DNA of 64,000 nt from NCBI GenBank assembly GCA_001949185.1, contig BDGG01000005.1, forward strand, positions 2,407,249-2,471,248, read 5' to 3'. A program made the translations under genes and the position numbers. The DNA is from Ramazzottius varieornatus (lineage: Eukaryota > Animalia > Tardigrada). The notes under the pieces were generated by a model, which worked only from the letters and a program-made list of their open reading frames with translations, had not been told where the DNA came from and searched no databases. Shown one piece after another: positions 60,970 to 64,000 of this stretch (the stretch's first letter is position 1; every line of letters starts with the position of its first letter).

Positions 60970-63900
60970 ATGTTGAGTTCAATGGCCTCATCAGTTCGCG
61001 GGTCCACCGCTTACTTGGATCGTGTCCACTCTAAAGACGAACTCCAAGCCCTGAATACACGGCTCGCCAAATATATCGACAAGATTCGGAATCTGGAGAA
61101 CGAGAATGTCGCCTTGCAGGTGAGCAGTAGTCGGGACCCAGGCAAACAAGCTCAAAGGAGCCGTTCTTACAAGTGGCGCACGCTTGCAGCCTATAGCACT
61201 TTGAACGTGCGCCACTTGAGAAAACGATCATGTCGTGCAGGCTTGCGTTTTTTAAACCTCCGAAAACTTCAACTCAAAAATGTGAGAAGAAATATTCGCG
61301 CGAATCAGTACTCTTTCACCGGGCTGCGTTTGGTAGATCTCAGCACAATCCAATCATTAAGTTGTTTCCCGGTACCAACATGCAAAGTTTCATTCATTTC
61401 GGGCAAACGTCTTTTTGAAATGTTGAAGTTCTTTTATAGCGCCAGCTGAATACCGCGGAGCAGCACACCGTTACCGAAGTCCATCGCGTGTCAAAGTCTT
61501 ACGACGAGGAGCTCGTCAAGCTTCGTAAGCAGTTGGAAGATGTACTGCGAGACAATGCTCGGTTGCAAATGGAGCGGAACAGTATGGAAAATGAGAATAA
61601 GCAGTATCAGCAGCGGTAAGTCGATTACCGACCCTTTGTTCGATAGGCTTTGAAAGCTCATTAGAAAGGACGGTCCGCCGTAGTGCAGTGAAAGCAGAAA
61701 TGCTTGGCCAACGCAAGTGTGTTTTTCTTGCACTCGTCCAAGAAAGGAAATTCAGTAAGCGCGCTGGTCAAGCGTGACGAAAAATACTATGCTTGACCAC
61801 AAAACGCTGCGAGGCCTGCAAAAAAGTAGTGCGCTGTCTCGCCAAAGTGTAACAATGAGAGATCAGTATTTTGTTTTTGCTCGTCAACCGTCCTCGGCGA
61901 CGGTGAAGAAGAGAGATGAGAGCAGAAAAAAACCGTGAAACTGGTTCTGTGTTTAATCAAGCGGAATGCGAGACATCTCAAAGAGATCTTCAAGTTGACC
62001 ACAGAACGCATACAGTGTCGCCATGAAGGAATTTAGTTCCGCGTTCTTGGCCTCTGCTCAAAATTAGCACTTTACTTAAATCTAACTCCATGGCTTAACT
62101 TGCCGAGGTTCCCACCAAGATTGTGAAAACCTGTCAACTTCTGAACAGGACCAGCATTTCCATAGATAAGATTTGGTCTAATCGTACAGCCACTTTCCAT
62201 TCGGGACAAATGATGGCCCACCTAATGTGTACCCCGTCGCCTTTGTCCAGTCAAACGCAAAACCAATGGAGAGGTGATCAAGGATGTAGTTCGTTGATCG
62301 AGTTATTTTTTATGATCCTGTATAACCTTGCTATGTAAACTGATTTTTCACAATGTTTGGTTCCATTCCGAAGGCAAAACAGGTTCCACAAATTAATCGC
62401 ACTACGCTGTGTTTTCTTTTCTAGAAGAACTTATTCCTTCAAATAACAGCGGCACGTAGGAACCAGGCAAAAAAGCAACCCTACGCAATACTACTGTGTT
62501 TCAAGACAGAACTGTAATATCTTGAAAACTGGCGAATATCCTCTTTGTCTTGCATTTTTTATGTACCGTAATTTTGGGTAATCCTTGAGGTCGTAACTCG
62601 TCCAAAGCGTTAAAGCGATCATGCCACATTGCTGAAAATAGGAAGGACTAATCTAGGTTCCCGAAATCCCTTGATGTACCTGCGTCTTGTACCGGGAGAA
62701 ATTCATCGTACGTCGTGGTGTGAGTCTCCACATTCCCCCCCCCCCACTTTCACTGCGCAGAACCGCCTCCACTGTGTGTATAACGTTTTTCCATATTTGC
62801 TTATTATGAGGGCATTATCCTTGCAGTCAGTCGCAGCTGGAGAAGCAGGTGCAGAACCTGGAGGCCAAGCTACGGCAAGCGGAAGACTTGATTGCCGATT
62901 TGCAGCATCGTTTATCGCAGTCGTTAGATGCTCGTCAACAACTGGAGAGTGACATTAAGGTACGACCGGTCTAACCACAAAAAGGTTGAAAGTCAAAACC
63001 CTGACCATAAAACGTGCAATAATCATATGACTATTTTCGCAGGATTTAAAGACACAGATCAATACGCTGAAGACCCAGTTCAACACGCTGCAGCATGATT
63101 ACGACAACGAGCGCGTTCGCACTGCCGACTTGGAAAACAAGTTACAGACCAAGGAGGAGGAATATGAATTCGAGAAAAATGCGTTACATGAGGTGAGACC
63201 TTACCTTCACCTTGAGAAAAATTATGATCGATGTACCACGCTTCATTGATCCCCGCGGAATCTAATTATGATCTGCCGAAGTATGCTAATCCGTATTTGA
63301 GACGTGCGCAAGTAAACCAAATGGCTTTCCGAAGTGGCGCACACTCTGCTAACAACGATGCGATCGTCATCTCAGGTGGCGCATTTTGACGTTGTCACTA
63401 TTAGAGAGTGTGCGCCACTTGTACTAACGATTTGGTTCAGTGCATTTGCCCAGGTCTGCTTTAGAAGTCACCGATCAAAACTATGAGACAAATTGAAATG
63501 ATTTCCATGCAATGCTCAAAACTTTAGAGTCTGCGGGAGGAGAAATCTCAACGACAGTATTTGATGAACGATCTGCAACGAGGTCTTCAAGATGAGTTCG
63601 AGTCCAAGCTGGTCCAACAGCTCCAAGAACTCCGTAACGAGTACGAGGACATGATCAAGAATGTCCGAGCGGAAGTTGAAGGCAAGTCTGATGATCGTAT
63701 CCGAGCCCTGATGCAACTGTCGGACCAACACACCGACACCATCACGCGGCTGCAGAACGAGATCGACGAGTGGCGAACCCGTTCGACCCAGACACAGGCC
63801 GATCTTGACCGACTCCGCAAAGAGGTTTGTCCTTCAGTCTGGATTACAGTATAAACTGAGCTTAGTAGGAAACGTTGGATGATTTCGCAGAATGCTGACC

Positions 63901-64000
63901 TAAGCTCGAAGTTGAGCGACGCTCAGAGGACCAAGGACGAGCAAATTCGCGCCTTGCAAAAGCAGATTCAGCAACTTCAGGAGTCGCTCCAACGCGTTCA
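60970..64000 (+). CDS. Lamin-type intermediate filament protein, possibly cytotardin (3' end outside window)
   Basis: Coil 1A KDELQALNTRLAKYIDKIRNLENEN, SYDEELVKLRKQLED, ERVRTADLENKLQTKEEEYEF, LQELRNEYE. Short head without the lamin SPTR CDK1 site. Confidence 0.88.
61171..61217. repeat. N27 palindrome unit (first intron after the IF start codon)
   Basis: Perfect arms, 27-nt spacer. Confidence 0.92.
63332..63420. repeat. Truncated plus complete palindrome unit (IF gene intron)
   Basis: Orphan left arm at 63332; AGGTGGCGCA-27nt-TGCGCCACTT at 63374-63420. Confidence 0.88.

Overview
Compact, intron-rich animal DNA, most likely from a tardigrade. This is an inference from the short introns and a lamin-like intermediate filament with a cytotardin-type head. 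Genes in order: 3' half of a PIWI, an RRM protein, two tandem FKBP12-type genes, NeuroD, an SLC18B1-like MFS transporter, a decayed intron-containing hAT transposon with several neighbouring MITEs and an assembly gap, a decayed triple-THAP gene, ZFYVE26/spastizin, an F-box-like gene, a small THAP gene, a UBC-fold protein lacking the usual catalytic Cys, a degraded duplicate of part of CCDC180, a sushi/C-type-lectin membrane protein, a cycle/BMAL1-like bHLH-PAS gene, CCDC180 and the 5' part of the intermediate filament gene. The most striking unexplained signal is a dispersed palindromic element, AAGTGGCGCA-N27-TGCGCCACTT. I counted by eye 29 units at 22 loci, apparently all intronic, with one cluster per intron. 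The arms are conserved and the spacer length is almost invariant (27 nt in 24 of 29), while the spacer sequence is heavily diverged. All exon boundaries and counts were read manually.
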